A stretch of 64,000 bases of DNA from Pecten maximus (lineage: Eukaryota). The notes below the pieces were generated by a model. That model saw nothing but the letters and a program-made list of their open reading frames with translations. It searched no databases and was not told where the DNA came from. The number at the start of each line of letters is the position of its first letter. Positions within the stretch are counted from its first letter, which is position 1. A program made the position numbers and the translations under genes. Positions 27,601 to 42,569 of the stretch are shown piece after piece. The stretch is taken from NCBI RefSeq assembly GCF_902652985.1, contig NC_047028.1:15624001-15688000 (forward strand), given 5' to 3'.

Positions 27601-29008
27601 GGTACATATTGATACCTGTACCCTGAATAAGATGTGTCCCCCTTGCTAGCAATCATGTGCTTTTGCTCCGTGTGAAAAAATTCTAGTCCCATGAAATAAT
27701 TTTAAAATATTTTTTGAATATTTATGTATACACGATTAACAACCAGACAAACCTTACCTTGCAGACATGCAGAAGACCATTAATTTTCCTTATCACAACT
27801 TTTGTAAAAATGTCTCACACGGACCATACTTGGATGCACCTTTCCTCGCACATGTCTGTCTGTCTTATCAAGCTGTCCCAGTTCAAATCTCGTTGTTCAG
27901 GTGTACACTGTGACGTCACGGTCAATATGCTTTACAGACTAGAGGGAGAGATTTCTTGTAAAAGGACACACATTCGTGATGTCAGCTAACACAAGGATAT
28001 AGATCCACTTGTAGCAGAGGAATAAATATTGAAACGAAGCAACCGCCAAGCCCTGCAAGAATGATGACAAGGTCCCAAGACGACACAACAGCTCCAGACA
28101 AAACAGCATGTGACTCAAACACTCAATAGACTCAGACTATATTTTTTAAAACCATCAGTGACAAAGCGTGGCTGGAACAAGCTACCTATAGTCATTGCTG
28201 TGAGTCATACTGCATATATCCAGCCGCATGGAAATCTAACAGTAAATAGCAAGATAAATATCTACCTCAATTTACATGCAGTTACCTGTAATAGTACAGG
28301 TACGCATCTGTATCGTTATCTCAACGCGATCCTATGCTAACATTACATCTTTTATCTACACCAAATACACATATACATTAATCTCTTATGTTTCTTGTTT
28401 GAAAAAAATTGAAGTGGCCTTCGACCCGCTTCTGACGACCTCTTCAACATGCCTGTAGATTTGGACTTGTAAGTAATCTCTGAAGATTCAAATCATATTA
28501 TTCAATGATCTAAGGTCCATATCTAGCTGTCTATGAAGTTTGGGAATAATCAGACAAGTCTCCATTAGGGCGCTATCTTGAAAACTTATTTCTGATAGCT
28601 ACTAAGCCTCAATCACACCGGCTCAACAGCAGATCACATCTCAGAAACGGATATGAAAATCCATTTTCAAAACTGAACTTTATTGTTTTAAATCCAATAA
28701 TATTAAATATAAGTGATTTCATGTTGATCTTTCCCCTTAAATGTTATAGTAGATATGTAAAGTTGTTAAATGAGAGAATATGTTAAATGGATCCTTGGGA
28801 AGCTGTTAATACTGGAGGCCCTGAAGTCTTTTTATCTACATCTAATGAAGTCATTATAGCACACACACATAGGGAGGCCTTTGATTCAGGGAGAGTTATG
28901 CAGGCTCAGGGATGGGTCAGACCGGCCTAGGGGTGAGAGATGATGCTCTTGTCCTTCAAAGGGCTGTCAAGGGATCAGGAAGTCACTAGGTCCTTATACG
29001 CAGGGTAT

Positions 29009-29430
29009 CACAGGTTCTTATACACAGGGACTAAATGTAAGGGTAATATAATGTGTATTCACAGGTTCTTATACACAGGGACTAAATGCATGTAAGGGTA
29101 ATATAATGTGTATTCACAGGTTCTTATACACAGGGACTAAATGTATGTAAGGGTAATATAATGTGTATTCACAGGTTCTTATACACAGGGACTCAATGTA
29201 AGGGTAATATAATGTGTATTCACAGGTTCTTATACACAGGGACTAAATGTATGTAAGGGTAATATAATGTGTATTCACAGGTTCTTATACACAGGGACTA
29301 AATGTAAGGGTAATATAATGTGTATTCACAGGTTCTTATACACAGGGACTAAATGTAAGGGTAATATAATGTGTATTCACAGGTTCTCATACACAGGGAC
29401 TAAATGTAAGGGTAATATAATGTGTATTCA
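29009..29430. repeat. Minisatellite, 51/55-bp unit, about 8 copies
   Basis: cacaggttcttatacacagggactaaatgt(atgt)aagggtaatataatgtgtatt. Confidence 0.95.
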
Positions 29431-29549
29431 CCAGACTCATAATCATTTGACTCGTTCCTACAATGTAAGTTTACAGCTTCCTTCTTCCTAATGTCTCCCT
29501 TGACATGGCCTCACTTTTGGCCCATAAGTTAGTTTTTGTCCCATAAGGA

Positions 29550-29796
29550 AGGCTTTGGGTTCTGTCCTCTAGCTGGCCAAGACAAACCAGAGTCTATAAA
29601 CCTGCTTAGCGCTCAGCACTTTGGGACTGGGTAGACTGATTTGCCTGTTATGACTGGTGGTGTGTCCTGCTGGGTGTATTCTGCAGTAAGCATCTGTTCT
29701 GCACTACGACAAGGAGACAGACATGGAGACAAATACAACACACATGTATCTCACACACAGGGGCTGTCCATAAAACAATAAAAAACCATAACCCAA
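29550..29796 (+). mobile_element. Degenerate SINE fragment (Meta-SINE-like)
   Basis: B-box-like gggttctgtcc, then agagtctataaa..cctgcttagcgctcagcact resembling the Meta central domain (from recall), ending in an A/C-rich tail. Confidence 0.35.
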
Positions 29797-29820
29797 CTAC
29801 ATATATATATCAATTATAAC

Positions 29821-30193
29821 GACAGGTGTATAATGTACCTGTATGACTGTGGGCCCAAAAGACAGGTGTATACTGTACCTGTATGACTGTGAGCCCAATA
29901 GACAGGTGTATACTGTACCTGTTACGACTGTGGACCCAATAGACAGGTGTATACTGTACCTGTATGACTGTGAGCCCAATAGACAGGTGTATACTGTACC
30001 TGTATGACTGTGGACCCAATAGACAGGTGTATACTGTACCTGTATGACTGTGGGCCCAATAGACAGGTGTATACTGTATCTGTATGACTGTGGGCCCAAT
30101 AGACAGGTGTATACTGTATCTGTATGACTGTGGACCCAATAGACAGGTATATAATGTACCTGTATGACTCTTGGCCCAATATCATAGACAGGT
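29821..30193. repeat. Minisatellite, 40-bp unit, about 9 copies
   Basis: agacaggtgtatactgtacctgtatgactgtgggcccaat. Confidence 0.95.
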
Positions 30194-31993
30194 ACAAATA
30201 CTAATTGTTTGGGGTCCCTAGATAGGTACCATACTTGACATACTATGATCATGATCTATTATAAAATTTAACATTATTTCAGTGTAAGATTATATATTTT
30301 ACCAAGTCAATTTGATGGATTTACTAGAAAATTTATTCATATATAAGGAATTTGGAAATAGGAAAAATTACCCTTGTTTCTCTTTTCTTGGTTTATTGGG
30401 AAAATAACCAAAACAATGTATGTTGGTAAAGTTAACACTAAACCCATCACTAGTGTCCTTATTAGGTGTTATGTACAAACCCTATACTCGACTCCCACGG
30501 TGCTATATATCACCACTAACAAGTCACATGATTATAAGATACAACCTCACACGACAAGTCCATCTGACAATATGTCATTCTACAGCCTGCTCTACATTCC
30601 TCTCACCCTTTACTTTAGTTAGTCCTACACCAATCAGAATACCTTGAATACACGACTTCACACCAATGTAAAGAATATAAGCAATTTGTTGGCCAGACAA
30701 CAATTTATTCCAAAATGGTGCTATCCCATCATGAGTCATATTCGTTACATTCCGTAGCACTCCGAGTTCCCCTCTCCTCAAAATCACAAGAATATAACCT
30801 GTATCACATTTACAAACATCATAATGTCTTGTCAATTTATTACCGATCAGTTTTTCTATTAGCCAGGACGCTAGTGTCTTTTATCAGTACACGAACCAAT
30901 GTCAACATGCGTGATAAAATGGTCACAAGAATCTTGTTGAGAAATTTTACTTACAAAACCAAGGAAATTGAAAATGAGTTGGAATTGTGACTAAATACTA
31001 ACAAGGAAAGTGATATATAGTCTAGTTTATAGAAGATATTTCATTATGATAATACAAAGTTTAACTATAGCAATTTAGAACAATTAATTAACCAAACGAA
31101 ATTTCTAAATTCTAGCTTTTAGAAGTTATCTAATAACAAATTAAAAGATTCAGATTAGGAAGAAAATAAAAGACAATATCACAGAAAATGAAAGCAATAT
31201 CACCTACAAATAGTGTTTAAATATATCTTCAAATTCAACACTCCGACAAATCGTTTGATTTTCTATAGAATACATTGCTGTATTCATTATGTCTAGAGCA
31301 GTTAATGCCGTGATGACAGACAGATTTGCACGTGAATGAACATACAAATTAAAAACAAATTTATTACTTTCTTTCTTTTCTAGCAGGATACCTTAGCTCG
31401 AACACATATAATCAAATTATTTTGACAGTTTGGTGTCTTTGGAAAAATAAAAGATTTCTATTTGACCTTGCCAGGAAATCTCCTCACCGTACTGTGTAGA
31501 AGAAAATTACAATGACCTAACACAGACATGAGAACAAAACCTGCCAATAATCTTCTGTCATGTTCAAATGTTTTATACAAATCTGATTGCTCGGTGACGA
31601 TCTCATATTGAATTTGCTGTTGAAATGAAATCTTCATATGAAAAGACGTTCAGACATTTTGTTTTACCCTATGAATATACAGTGAATAGAAAATTTAACT
31701 TTCTGTACAACTTCTTCCGTCTGTTAACCAACCCTAAAATATATGCACTTAAATCTTTATTTCCTTAAACGCTGCCATTCTATTTGTTATATCCTTACAC
31801 AACAAGACATGGTATTGTCGTCGTCGTCCTTGCTTCCTTATAGTCCACAGTAATACTACATTCAGAAAATACCAGCTACTTTGTTGGGTCATTTGGAGAG
31901 TGATCCCGCATTTAAAAAGAAAATATTCATTACATTTAGTCAAGAGATTTACATGAGAATAAACAGGAAATAGAAATGGAAGGGTTCAAACAG

Positions 31994-32007
31994 GTTGTCA
32001 TGGCAAC
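31994..32007. promoter_or_regulatory. RFX X-box motif
   Basis: GTTGTCATGGCAAC, one mismatch from the palindrome GTTGCCATGGCAAC. Confidence 0.45.
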
Positions 32008-34365
32008 ACAGGTTTTTTTTATCTTCAATACTTAAAAAGGAAAAAAATGTACTAGGATAGCTGTCCAATAAAAATTTTGGATGGTGTGATGTACGTGTGG
32101 AAACTGTTCCACCTGCACTTTAATAAGAAGAGTACAGAATGTATTCTCCGTCTCGAATCTCTGTCCTCTTCGTAATAGCCAATTTTGTTTCCAAGGTGTC
32201 ATTTTCTGCCTAAATTACCAATGGCAGTGTGTACTTTCAGTGTGAAAGCATTTGCCATTTAGAAAATCTTTCGACAATCCCAAACATTTGTAGGACTCGA
32301 TGCATACCTTTTTAACGCCATTAACAAACTGTAGCTGTGATGCGACTTCTGTTACTACCGTTTTCCTCAGTGAAGGATTATACCCAGAATGAGCAGCTCC
32401 CAATGCATCATAAAGGTCTTAGGAAATTATCCGGAATTTAAGCAATTTTAATTTTCTACCTTATCAATCACTAGGAGATTTACTGATCAACCTTAAAATA
32501 ATTAGATTTAATCTAACGGTGAATTATTTTTAATCTTATTTTGAATTAATATTACTTAAATTGTAAATAAATAACAAAATTATTCAAATTTCTCAAGTGT
32601 AGATTCAGAAAGTTTTAGAATTGATCATTAAATATTTCTATTTTCATTTAAATTGTCTAAAACTTCCAGGCTTCCCAACATAGTGCAGAATTCGTTACAT
32701 TTTTATTTTCTAAACGGTTGCCTGCTGAAATTACATTAGCCATATTCTTTACTTTAAATCGAAGAAGTGAAACACTTTTAATATTGCGGATGAATGTTTT
32801 AATGAGGTTTTACATCTAAAAGTATCCTGAGAAAATGCTGCTCATCAACTCTGCAACTAACAGCCTGCACCATTTCCATGGAATAAAAGTATTTTGTAAT
32901 TGGTTAAAATCAATTCTTGACTAATTACGAATAGCACTTTGAGTCATTAACCAAAACACACAGATTCTTTAATTACATAATTTACAATACATTTCAAGAT
33001 TACGTTCAATTAACAACATCAAACGTACTGGACTGATTGATCAGAGTCGACTATGGCTGAAGTGGGCCATTTTTAAAAGTTCTCAGACACAGCACAGTGC
33101 CGCGCTAACGTGACACGCAGCCATACCTCGGCATTGATTATGCATGCAAGTTTTTCATGACCTCTTCATGATATTTTTACTTGTGAAGTCTGCTTGATTA
33201 AGCTGACGCTTAGCAGACAAGCAAGGTTCTTAGAGTTCGTACATATTCATGATCAATTCAGCGTTTAAGTAGAGGGCAATATTTTATTGATTCCATGATT
33301 GTCCGAAAATTTACTTCTTTCGTATTATTTGCTCCAATTTGCATCTGGCTTTTACCTCTGTTGATTCCCTGGTCATTTTATCATATATATTCTAATGATA
33401 TTGATAAGATTAATCTAAGAACTTATCTAGAATGATTTCCTTTGTATACCTCTGTCATGTACCCTGGTAAAACAGGTCTGAACTACACATGTACACTCTG
33501 TTAAGAGGAGAGATGAAGATTCTGTGCCTCATCCTCCTTCCTCAAATGTACAACTATAAAAAGTCATCGGGTTTGCCTCAAAAGTAGAGGTCAAAAGTAT
33601 GGAACAGCTAAAAAGTCTTATATTTCTACAGGGAAATATATAAATTATTGCAGTATAGCATTTTTTTGTTTTTAATTTCCCTGGCCTTTACATAAAAAAT
33701 AGTTAACTATATTCCTTATACAGGGCATTTTAACTTCCGAAAACTCAAAATTTTCAAATTTATGTAAATTTTAGACATTTACAATAATTGTCTTAGCAAG
33801 ATTTAAACAAAAAATACACATACTGAAAAACAATACATAAAATAATAGTTTCTATTTCCTGACAGTTTCTGACGGTTCAAATCATTATCAAAGTCTGTAA
33901 CCAGAGACTCGGGCCAACAACCTTCTACCTCTCACTTCAGCATATGTTTATAACCCTCCACAATTACCTGACAATACCGGTGATTTACCGGTGATTTACC
34001 TGTGGCTATATTTGCATGGCACAGTCCTTACTAAGTCAATGCCACCATAGTTGTTCAAATAAAAAACAGTGATAAAATAAATACTCATCCTAGAAGTAGC
34101 TTAGGTCAATATATTGAGAATTTGTTCTAACTTCTACAGCTGATCATAAAGTCTGTTACACAAGATAGCACCAGATGAGTGAAGATTAGAGCCAGCTCAG
34201 TTAGCTTAAAATTACCAGTAATTATAAAATATCTGGGAAGGTAAAAACTAACCAAAAAGACTGAGATTTGATGGAAGAAAAAACTTAATAACTGCTAACA
34301 AAAATTTTAGAAGGGTGCAATCATTTACAAGTTTCCAAATGAAATACATAAAGGGGTAGGGGAAA

Positions 34366-34627
34366 TTACCTATCTGGTCAAGGTCCAGGGGGAGGGGAGG
34401 GGGGGATTACCTATCTGGTCCAGGGGGAGGGGGGATTACCTATCTAGTCCAGGTAAGGTCCAGGGGAGGGGGGGTTACCTATCTAGTCCAGGTAAGGTCC
34501 AGGGGAGGGGGGTTACCTATCTAGTCCAGGTAAGGTCCAGGGGGAGGGGAGGGGGGGATTACGTATCTAGTCCAGGTAAGGTCCAGGGGGAGGGGGGTTA
34601 CCTATCTAGTCCAGGTGAGGTCCAGGG
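34366..34627. repeat. G-run minisatellite (about 40 bp unit), G-quadruplex-prone
   Basis: ttacctatctagtccaggtaaggtccagggg(a)ggggggg, 6-7 copies. Confidence 0.9.
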
Positions 34628-36773
34628 AGATGTGGAGTACTCTACCCACCTAGTCTGTTAATTGGCAGATGGAACTGGTCAAGATAAAGGAGGTCAATAA
34701 TTGCCACCTATAGTGGCTATTAACTCTGGTCAGTTAACAGGTGACCAGGTAAATGGTCAGTACCTGTGTTGATTGTGAGTAATTGATACACAGAAGGTGC
34801 TTTGTAGTAGACAGGTGTTGTCTGAACCAGTAAATTTGTCTGGATAAATTAAAGAGATGCCAACATTTTCTAATAAATCTTAATATCTGAAATGGGGAAA
34901 TATATTCCAACCTTACCATGTTTTACAGGGGTTTAAAGTATAATACACTTAATCTGTGTTCAAAGAAAAATCATTCAATTTTTTGCTTTTTTCTTTAAAA
35001 TTTCAAATGTCTGTACTGTCCCAGTTAGATCATATTGCAGCCCAGTAAATACTGTTATATATAAGTCTGAATTGTAATATTTTTCACATAAAGTAAATGA
35101 TGAAAACTTGACATTAAGTTATTTGAAATCTAACCATGGGAAATATTGGACTGAGATCAATGACCCAGAAATTCAATAGATCATCGCTTGGGTCAAAGGT
35201 CACTGGTGCCCATCCAAGCTTCCTTTCTTTGCAGCCTTAGGAATGCAGATTTATGTGACCACTAAAACCGTACTGACCACAAATTGATACGACTATAAGA
35301 TTCTTAACCCAGGTGATAGTCTGCCAGGGCACTACTAACCCGTCCAGGTAATTCATGTGATTTGAACGACACCAAGACATTTAAAAGTCCACAAACAACT
35401 CCAATACGGCACATTTTAAAGCAGCGGTCAGTTCCTCTGGTCGGCTAGTAAACAGGATTCGTTACATTTACGGTTACATTGTTTTTTAACACTGACTATA
35501 TTTTTGTTAGTATCTGACTGACAATTATCATTTTTCCAGGAGCCAAATATGTTGAGTTACAGAATCCTGGAGAACTACAATACTACACATTACCCTATTT
35601 AGGATCCAGCCAGCAAAATCGTTGTTGAAAATGTTCCCTTTTTTATATTAAAAAACAGTTATAATAATTAGGTGTAAGAATATGAGAACATTGTATTTAT
35701 CTGGAGATAATTCATATCTTAATAACAAACTGGACAAAATGTTCTTTATTTAATTTTGTTTCCATTCTAACTTTTACTGTGATATTAATTTAATTTTTAC
35801 CTCTAAATGCTAACAGAGCTTTATACTGATGCAAAAAAGTTTGATTTTCAAATTCAACAAAGAAGGAAATGGCCACTTGTCCAGTCAGGAAGTATGTACT
35901 GAACATTTCATTAATGTGAAATACAGCCATGAATGTATATAAACCTGACAGTTTGATCATGTTTAAAAAAAGACATTAAAAATAAAACTCTATAGTCCCA
36001 GATATATCTATTGATGAGAATTTTAAGTTATAGATATGTTATTAATATGTAAATATGTTATTAATATGTTATAAATATGTTATTAATATTTTTGGTTGGC
36101 AGACAGTTTTATTTGTATAAAATCTATAACTTTTATACAGGTAGTCCAACACACTGGTTACCACCTGACCAATATTATACAGTGGTCAGCTTTGTGTTAT
36201 CAGCTAGGTTACAGTTAACAAGAAATATCTTTATAAAAGATAAACGGCATAGTTTTAATGCCGGTGGTTATAATGTAAAACTGCTGGTGAAATAAATTAA
36301 CGAACTAATGCGTTTCAGCACGGATAACAAAATTATATCAGTTTGAATCATTTTTTGGTGATAATAAGAGGGCTTAAGAGCCAGCAGCTGACCTATGAAA
36401 TGTTTACTCCCTTATGAATAAATTTCCTGAAGTAATTTTAAGAAGAAAATTCAGGTATCAAATTTTGCATAACACATTCCATCTAATACAAACTTTGCAG
36501 CCATCAAGCAAAATTCATTTATACATTTTTGTTAATAGATAATTCATACTTATAATTCTTGGTATTAATATTTTGCCAGGTTTTTATTTTCACACTACCA
36601 TGTAATATATATTCAATGACCGCGGATATGGAGAAATCCCCTGTTGGTATTATCAACTATACAGTAATCAATGTCTGAAAGTAGATAGTGTGCAGCATGT
36701 AGAAATGTGATTCCTGAAGTATAGATGAAATATCAGTTAAATATTGTCGATCTAGAATAACAAAAGTACTCAC

Positions 36774-36831
36774 CTTTCTGTTGGTTATACTGGCATTTCA
36801 CTGGGATTCCAGTCTTAACTGATATGGTCCC
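36774..36831 (-). CDS. Candidate 58-nt internal exon (GTISVKTGIPVKCQYNQQK)
   Basis: Acceptor gttttcttgtgttacag|GGGACC and donor CAGAAAG|gtgagt. Only the phase-0 frame is open, matching the phase-0 exit of exon 48359-48480. Confidence 0.5.
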
Positions 36832-38651
36832 CTGTAACACAAGAAAACTCCGTTTAGAATCAAGATACAAACTACACCGTTTGTCTTACAAGGAAGATAG
36901 ACGATTGGGTTACACAGACTGACTTCCCTGTGACACGTACAGGTACAAAAGTGCAGCATTTCTGGGTATCTACTCATGAACCTACAACAGGGAAGGTTTC
37001 AGTTTCTCATTCAAATGTTTAGAGTAGATATGAGCATGTCCTTCGCCTTTAATACGGGTCAGTCATCCTTATCAGTTTAAGGTATTGGGAAGTTTTTTGT
37101 CACCAGTGGCAGTTTCTACTTCCTGTTTGAACACTAAACAAAAATTGTAACTATTGAATATGTATGACCTGAACTGTCTCATCATGATCCCATGTCAAAC
37201 TGACTGTATCTAGGTCACCAAGACTCTTGTTTTACATGTTATATATCAGGGGAAATTATTAGACTCAGCTGGTGACATTACCTGAAGTCTTGTTTTGTAT
37301 GTAAAATTGTTAGGGTCAGAAAATGATCACTGATGATTTATTAGCCTTTCTTAAATCAGGTTGTCTCAAAGGTTTAATTATCAGTAAAAAATCCCTATAC
37401 ATTTATCATCTAGTTGTTACATTTGCATACTTTAGGTGTTGAAAATCCTATGACATTTAAAACATTATTTTAGTCATTAAAGCACCCAAAAACGATTTCT
37501 GTTTAATATCTATTTAATATTTGCGATCAAATTTAATAAATAAGGTATCAGGTGATTCCAACGTTTTTCACTATTTTACCAAATCATGACGGCCATTTTA
37601 CCAGACAGTCCAGATGAGTTGGACAGGCTATCAATTAACTCCCTAATTCATTCATACTTTTTTAGAAGTTCATCAGGATCTGAATGAGAGATCTAGAGAC
37701 ATGCTAGAATATATTTTTTATCTTCCCTATATATAATCACTATCACAAGGACGATAAGAACTTTGATATTATGATGATACATATACACAAGTGTACATAT
37801 TTTGTCAAGTAGTAATTAATAACCATAGAACAGACAAGTAAATTGTCAATTTTTCGAGGCAAATCAAGATAATTACAAATTATCACATATATAGACACAG
37901 AACATGGAACAGTTACACAAATTTAGTAGATAAACGACAAAAATACTGTTATGTTTGTGAGAACGATCCGCTTGGTCGATAATTAATATAAAAAATGAAG
38001 TAATACCCATGTGTACATATATATATGGGTAATAAAAATATGTCAGTATCCGCTGGGAATTGAACCTATGACCCTGCAGACTTTCCAGGCCAATGCTCCA
38101 CTATCGATGAATGATATATACAGGTGTACATCTACACATACATTATTTATATATATATATATATATAGTCAGCCAGCATGTTATATAATATATAGACACA
38201 TTCTTATCACTGCATCGGGACAGGTTTTGTATTGAGAAATGGTTTTTTATCATCTGTCTGTTACACAAATATATTTTATGAGATGAGGATTATAGTCGGA
38301 GATAGCCATTCCCTACTGAAAATGTAAAATATTTATAACAATAATTATATGTTATCAGAAGAACTGTCTGTGTTATTGAGTAGATAATCTGCGAGAGATG
38401 CCATAGCTCGCTAAAACATCATGTACCAGCTGGGATCGCTAGCTTTAACCATCATGTAACATTCGTAGAAATTACAGGACAGTAAAATCTGGACAGGATA
38501 CATCCTTATCAGACCATATATATACCCCATTATGTTACAGAGATTCCTTGTTGTATCAGTTATATACACTGTAGACTTGTACTATACTGAACTGATAAGT
38601 CTAATAAGGAAATTGACCAGCTCCTTTCTGGCCAAAGTTTCATCAATGTCC

Positions 38652-39018
38652 TTCAAGGGATACTCCTTCGTTCGTACATCAGAAACATGCACAATTTCTT
38701 TCGATGAAATCCATGTCGGAACAATGATTATATGAATGACTGTGCCTACATGTAATGAAATTAACACTGAAATGTACAAGAAAAAGGTGTATCCTTATAT
38801 ACAAATACTGTCTGTATTTGTGGTAATTAGTGATACTTCGGGTAAAATTAAGAATTTTCAGGACTCAATACTCGAAAGAGCTTTGGTTTATCTCGAGAGT
38901 AAAACTGCCTTATTAATGTAAAGATTATAACTTTTACAACTTGGAGAAAATATGTATTTTCCAGTAAGTTTAATTTTTACAACCTAAACTTTATTCAAAC
39001 GAAGGAATGTCCCTTTAA
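38652..39018. mobile_element. Kolobok-type non-autonomous DNA transposon (about 359 bp)
   Basis: TIRs AGGGATACTCCTTCGTT (38656-38672) and reverse complement AGGGACATTCCTTCGTT (38998-39014), 15/17 match; flanked by TTCA and TTAA (TTAA TSD with one change). Confidence 0.65.
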
Positions 39019-40034
39019 CTGAAAATAGGAAAGAATTAAGTTTTGAATTTAAGGAATATATATGTTCCCTAATAAAGTTTTTTTCCCTTAAATCCAATCA
39101 TGCTTTCATCAGGAAAATTTTCAATTAAGTAATGTTGAGTATAAACCAGCTAGGCCTGGTGTGATACTAATATAGTCTTCTTGACTAGGATCCAGTCCCT
39201 GACCAGGAATTGACCACCATATTACAATGACATATATCTGACCATTTAGGCCCATTGTGGACAATCTAACTAACGTATCTCTATATTAGGCCAGATCTAA
39301 ATTGAACAGAACATGAAGATCCACATGACTTTGTTCTACCACATTCTCTCCATAAATAGGATACTGCAGATCTCTATCTTGGACAACTGAAGTAAAACTG
39401 ACCAAATCCTTGACCATTATAAATATTGAGATTGAATTGCCTGGCTTAGCCTATTCACCCAATCAATACCGACCACTAGTTCTAAGGCTTTAGAAGGGAT
39501 CTAGAAGGGATCACTAGATTTGGTCACCAATCTGACTACATCAGTTAGTTGATGAAGCATGACCTTTTCCACATGCTATATACAGTGGTGATCAACCAGG
39601 CATGATCAATCACCTAATATACAGGTTATATGCCAAAGTGCTGATCATTCAGGCATGACCAGTCACAAGAAATACTATACATGTATATACTGCAGGTCAC
39701 CTGGGGACAGCAATGTATAGGGTCACCTAAGGTCATTTAGATTGACCACATATATTGACCATTGTGTTATAATCCTCTCATTAGGACATACATTCTACTA
39801 TCTACAGTAAAGTGACATAATGACCCAGACAGTGACCACAGGGAGCCATCTGAGGACAGCCACTGACCACTCCAGACCAGGATCAATAATACCAGCAGAT
39901 CTGACAACCCCTGGCTGTGAGCTGTCAGATATAACTATGCTGGGACAGATTTAGGAATCTGGCTAACTGTCTGGAGAGCTATCCACTAAACTAGTATGCC
40001 ATAAAATAATGTTTTGGGTATAAGATCTTATCGT

Positions 40035-40280
40035 ATACTGTATGTTATTATTTTGTGTATGATCCCTCTAATACTGTATGTTATATGGAAGTATTTTGTT
40101 TATGATCCGGCCCTCTAATACTGTATGTTATATGGAAGTATTTTGTGTATGATCCCTCTAATACTGTATGTTATATGGAAGTATTTTGTGTATGGTCCCT
40201 CAAATACTGTATGTTATATGGAAGTATTTTGTGTATGGTCCCTCAAATACTGTATGTTATATGGTATCATTTTGTGTACA
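40035..40280. repeat. Minisatellite, about 44-bp unit, about 5 copies
   Basis: atactgtatgttatatggaagtattttgtgtatg(a/g)tccctc(t/a)a. Confidence 0.9.
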
Positions 40281-41355
40281 AACTTTCATTTTGGTATATA
40301 TGGTATTATATATATATTTTGTCTGAGCTGTCATATGATTACTGTTATTTTGTATAAGTTCCTATTTGGTATACATATGCCATATTTTTCTTGTCTGATA
40401 TATATTTAAGTATGACTACACATACTGACACTATGAATGTTTCAGTAACTAACAAATCGACTGCCTATAAACAGGGTGTGTTTTAAACAGTTCATGTCAA
40501 ATTATAAAGAAATTAAACTGGAATCAATCAGAGTCAATTAAACTCTTTTAAAAGACACAAAAATAATCTGGATCGCTGACTTTCTTGTAATCTATATGCA
40601 CAACGTGTATGCAGCAATGTAAAAGGTCAAATCATCAAGGATTGATTTAAGAACGGTACCCAAATTAACGGACCACGTAATTGTAACATCAATGGCATCA
40701 TAACATAACAATGACAACAACGCGGAAATATGCATATCCTGAAAATGGCAGACTCCTGGAAATGTCATTCATCTGCAGGAAGCTGCAACAATTTTTTGTC
40801 ATTCCTGTCAGATAACCGAATAACCTAGCTACACCAAGCTGCAGTCAAGGATAAGAAAGTTCGGTAAACATGGGCCAGATAGGATGTCAAAGAATCAAAA
40901 AAGAGGTCAAGGTCATATCAGTCAACTCAACGCCAACATTACAAATTGTATCAAGGTGAGATCAAGACTGCATCTTTTTCAAACACAGGTCAAGGTTCAC
41001 ATATTACAAACACAGGTCAAGGTTACATCCTTCAAAAAAAGGTCAAGGTCAGAACTGTTTGAAGCAGAGAGCAAGGTCATACCGAAAGTTGTCTTGTTTT
41101 AATGAAGCAATGAGATAAAAAAAATCCATGCTACAGAGACTGATAAATACTTCCTGTTTCCCCTCTCACATACATAGAATACAAGTCAATGACTAAGATA
41201 ACTGGAATTCCCCATGTATAAATAGCATTACAGATTATCTAAGGTTAGATGGAGGAATACCCATCTTTATATATATATATAGTACCTTTGTATATTTAGA
41301 GAGCATCCCATGCTTATTTCTAGTAAAGGATATACTGTGTGGTTGAATTTGTCCA

Positions 41356-41675
41356 ATGTTTATTTATAGAACAGCAGAATTTCACCAGTGTTGGTTTAAT
41401 TTGACCAGTGTTGGTTTAATTTGACTAGTGTTGGTTTATAGAACAGCAGATCTGATGTGGCTTAATTTGACTAATGTTGGTTTAATTTGACTAATGTTGG
41501 TTTAATTTGACTAATGTTGGTTTAATTTGACTAATGTTGGTTTAATTTGACTAATGTTGGTTTAATTTGACTAATGTTTGGTTTAATTAGAACAGCAGAT
41601 CTGATGTGGCTTTAATTTGACTAATGTTTATTTATAGAACGGCAGATCTGGTGTGGCTTAATTTGACCAGTGTTT
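41356..41675. repeat. 20-bp tandem repeat with interspersed agaacagcagatctg module
   Basis: ttgactaatgttggtttaat repeated. Confidence 0.9.
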
Positions 41676-42360
41676 ATTGGCTGTATGTAGGGTCAGGTCA
41701 CTCTGAGATCTGTTTACAACTAAAGTCATTCCAGAGGTCACATGAGGACATGACCTGGACTTCTGGCAGACAGCTCTGTGCCACCCCAGGCCTTACTGGC
41801 ACATACATCAATGACCAATTTCACACTGACCACTAACTGACTGACCACAAACTGACCAATACACCAGTGAAAGTATGATAAGGGGAAATTACCAGTGTTC
41901 TACATCTTCAGTGAACCTATATTCTTAACTAAAATCTACACCTACTGAAAGGTTAAGACAAAAAGGAACATAAGGGTTAAATTTATAAATAGATTAACAT
42001 GGCCAAGAGAATAAGGCTGTGATGCATTGCCTTATCTAGGAAGTTTAAATGGACTCTGGCCTTGTATTAGCTCTAAGCCTCTCGCACAGCGATGAGAATT
42101 GACGCACATCATTATTATCTCATAAATATTTGAACTGTTTAATGATGGTAGAATAAGACGATATGGCTGGTGATGTACAGGAGTATTGACCAGTCTAGAT
42201 ACAAGCCCAGGGAGACCATCAGTGTAAGAATTCTCACCTAGACGACAGCAACATTACAGGTGTATATAGGATTATACACATCCCTAGACAACACTTAACC
42301 TATAGCGTATCTATTGATATAAATAACACGTAAAATCCACAGAATATCTAACAGAATCAT

Positions 42361-42510
42361 CAGGTAAAAACCTGTTTAATCCGACATATTGACAAAAGTA
42401 TTGGTCAGATTAGACAGGAATACAGAGTATTATCTTATTTGATTTTTATTGTCAGAAATATAACATAATTACACTGGATAAGACAGTATGTCGGAATGTA
42501 CAGGTCCTTA
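42361..42510. mobile_element. Small degenerate MITE (Tigger/pogo-like)
   Basis: Inverted repeats acctgtttaatccgacata (42370-42388) and tatgtcggaatgtacaggt (42487-42505), 16/19 match. Confidence 0.5.
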
Positions 42511-42569
42511 TTATAAGACTATCGTCAATACCAATGGGAATGAAGCAGGTAAATGTCATAACTAACTAG

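Noticed and set aside
38040-38105. tRNA-like/SINE head remnant (minus-strand ggttcaattcc B-box)
   Set aside because: Too degraded; no body or TSD visible
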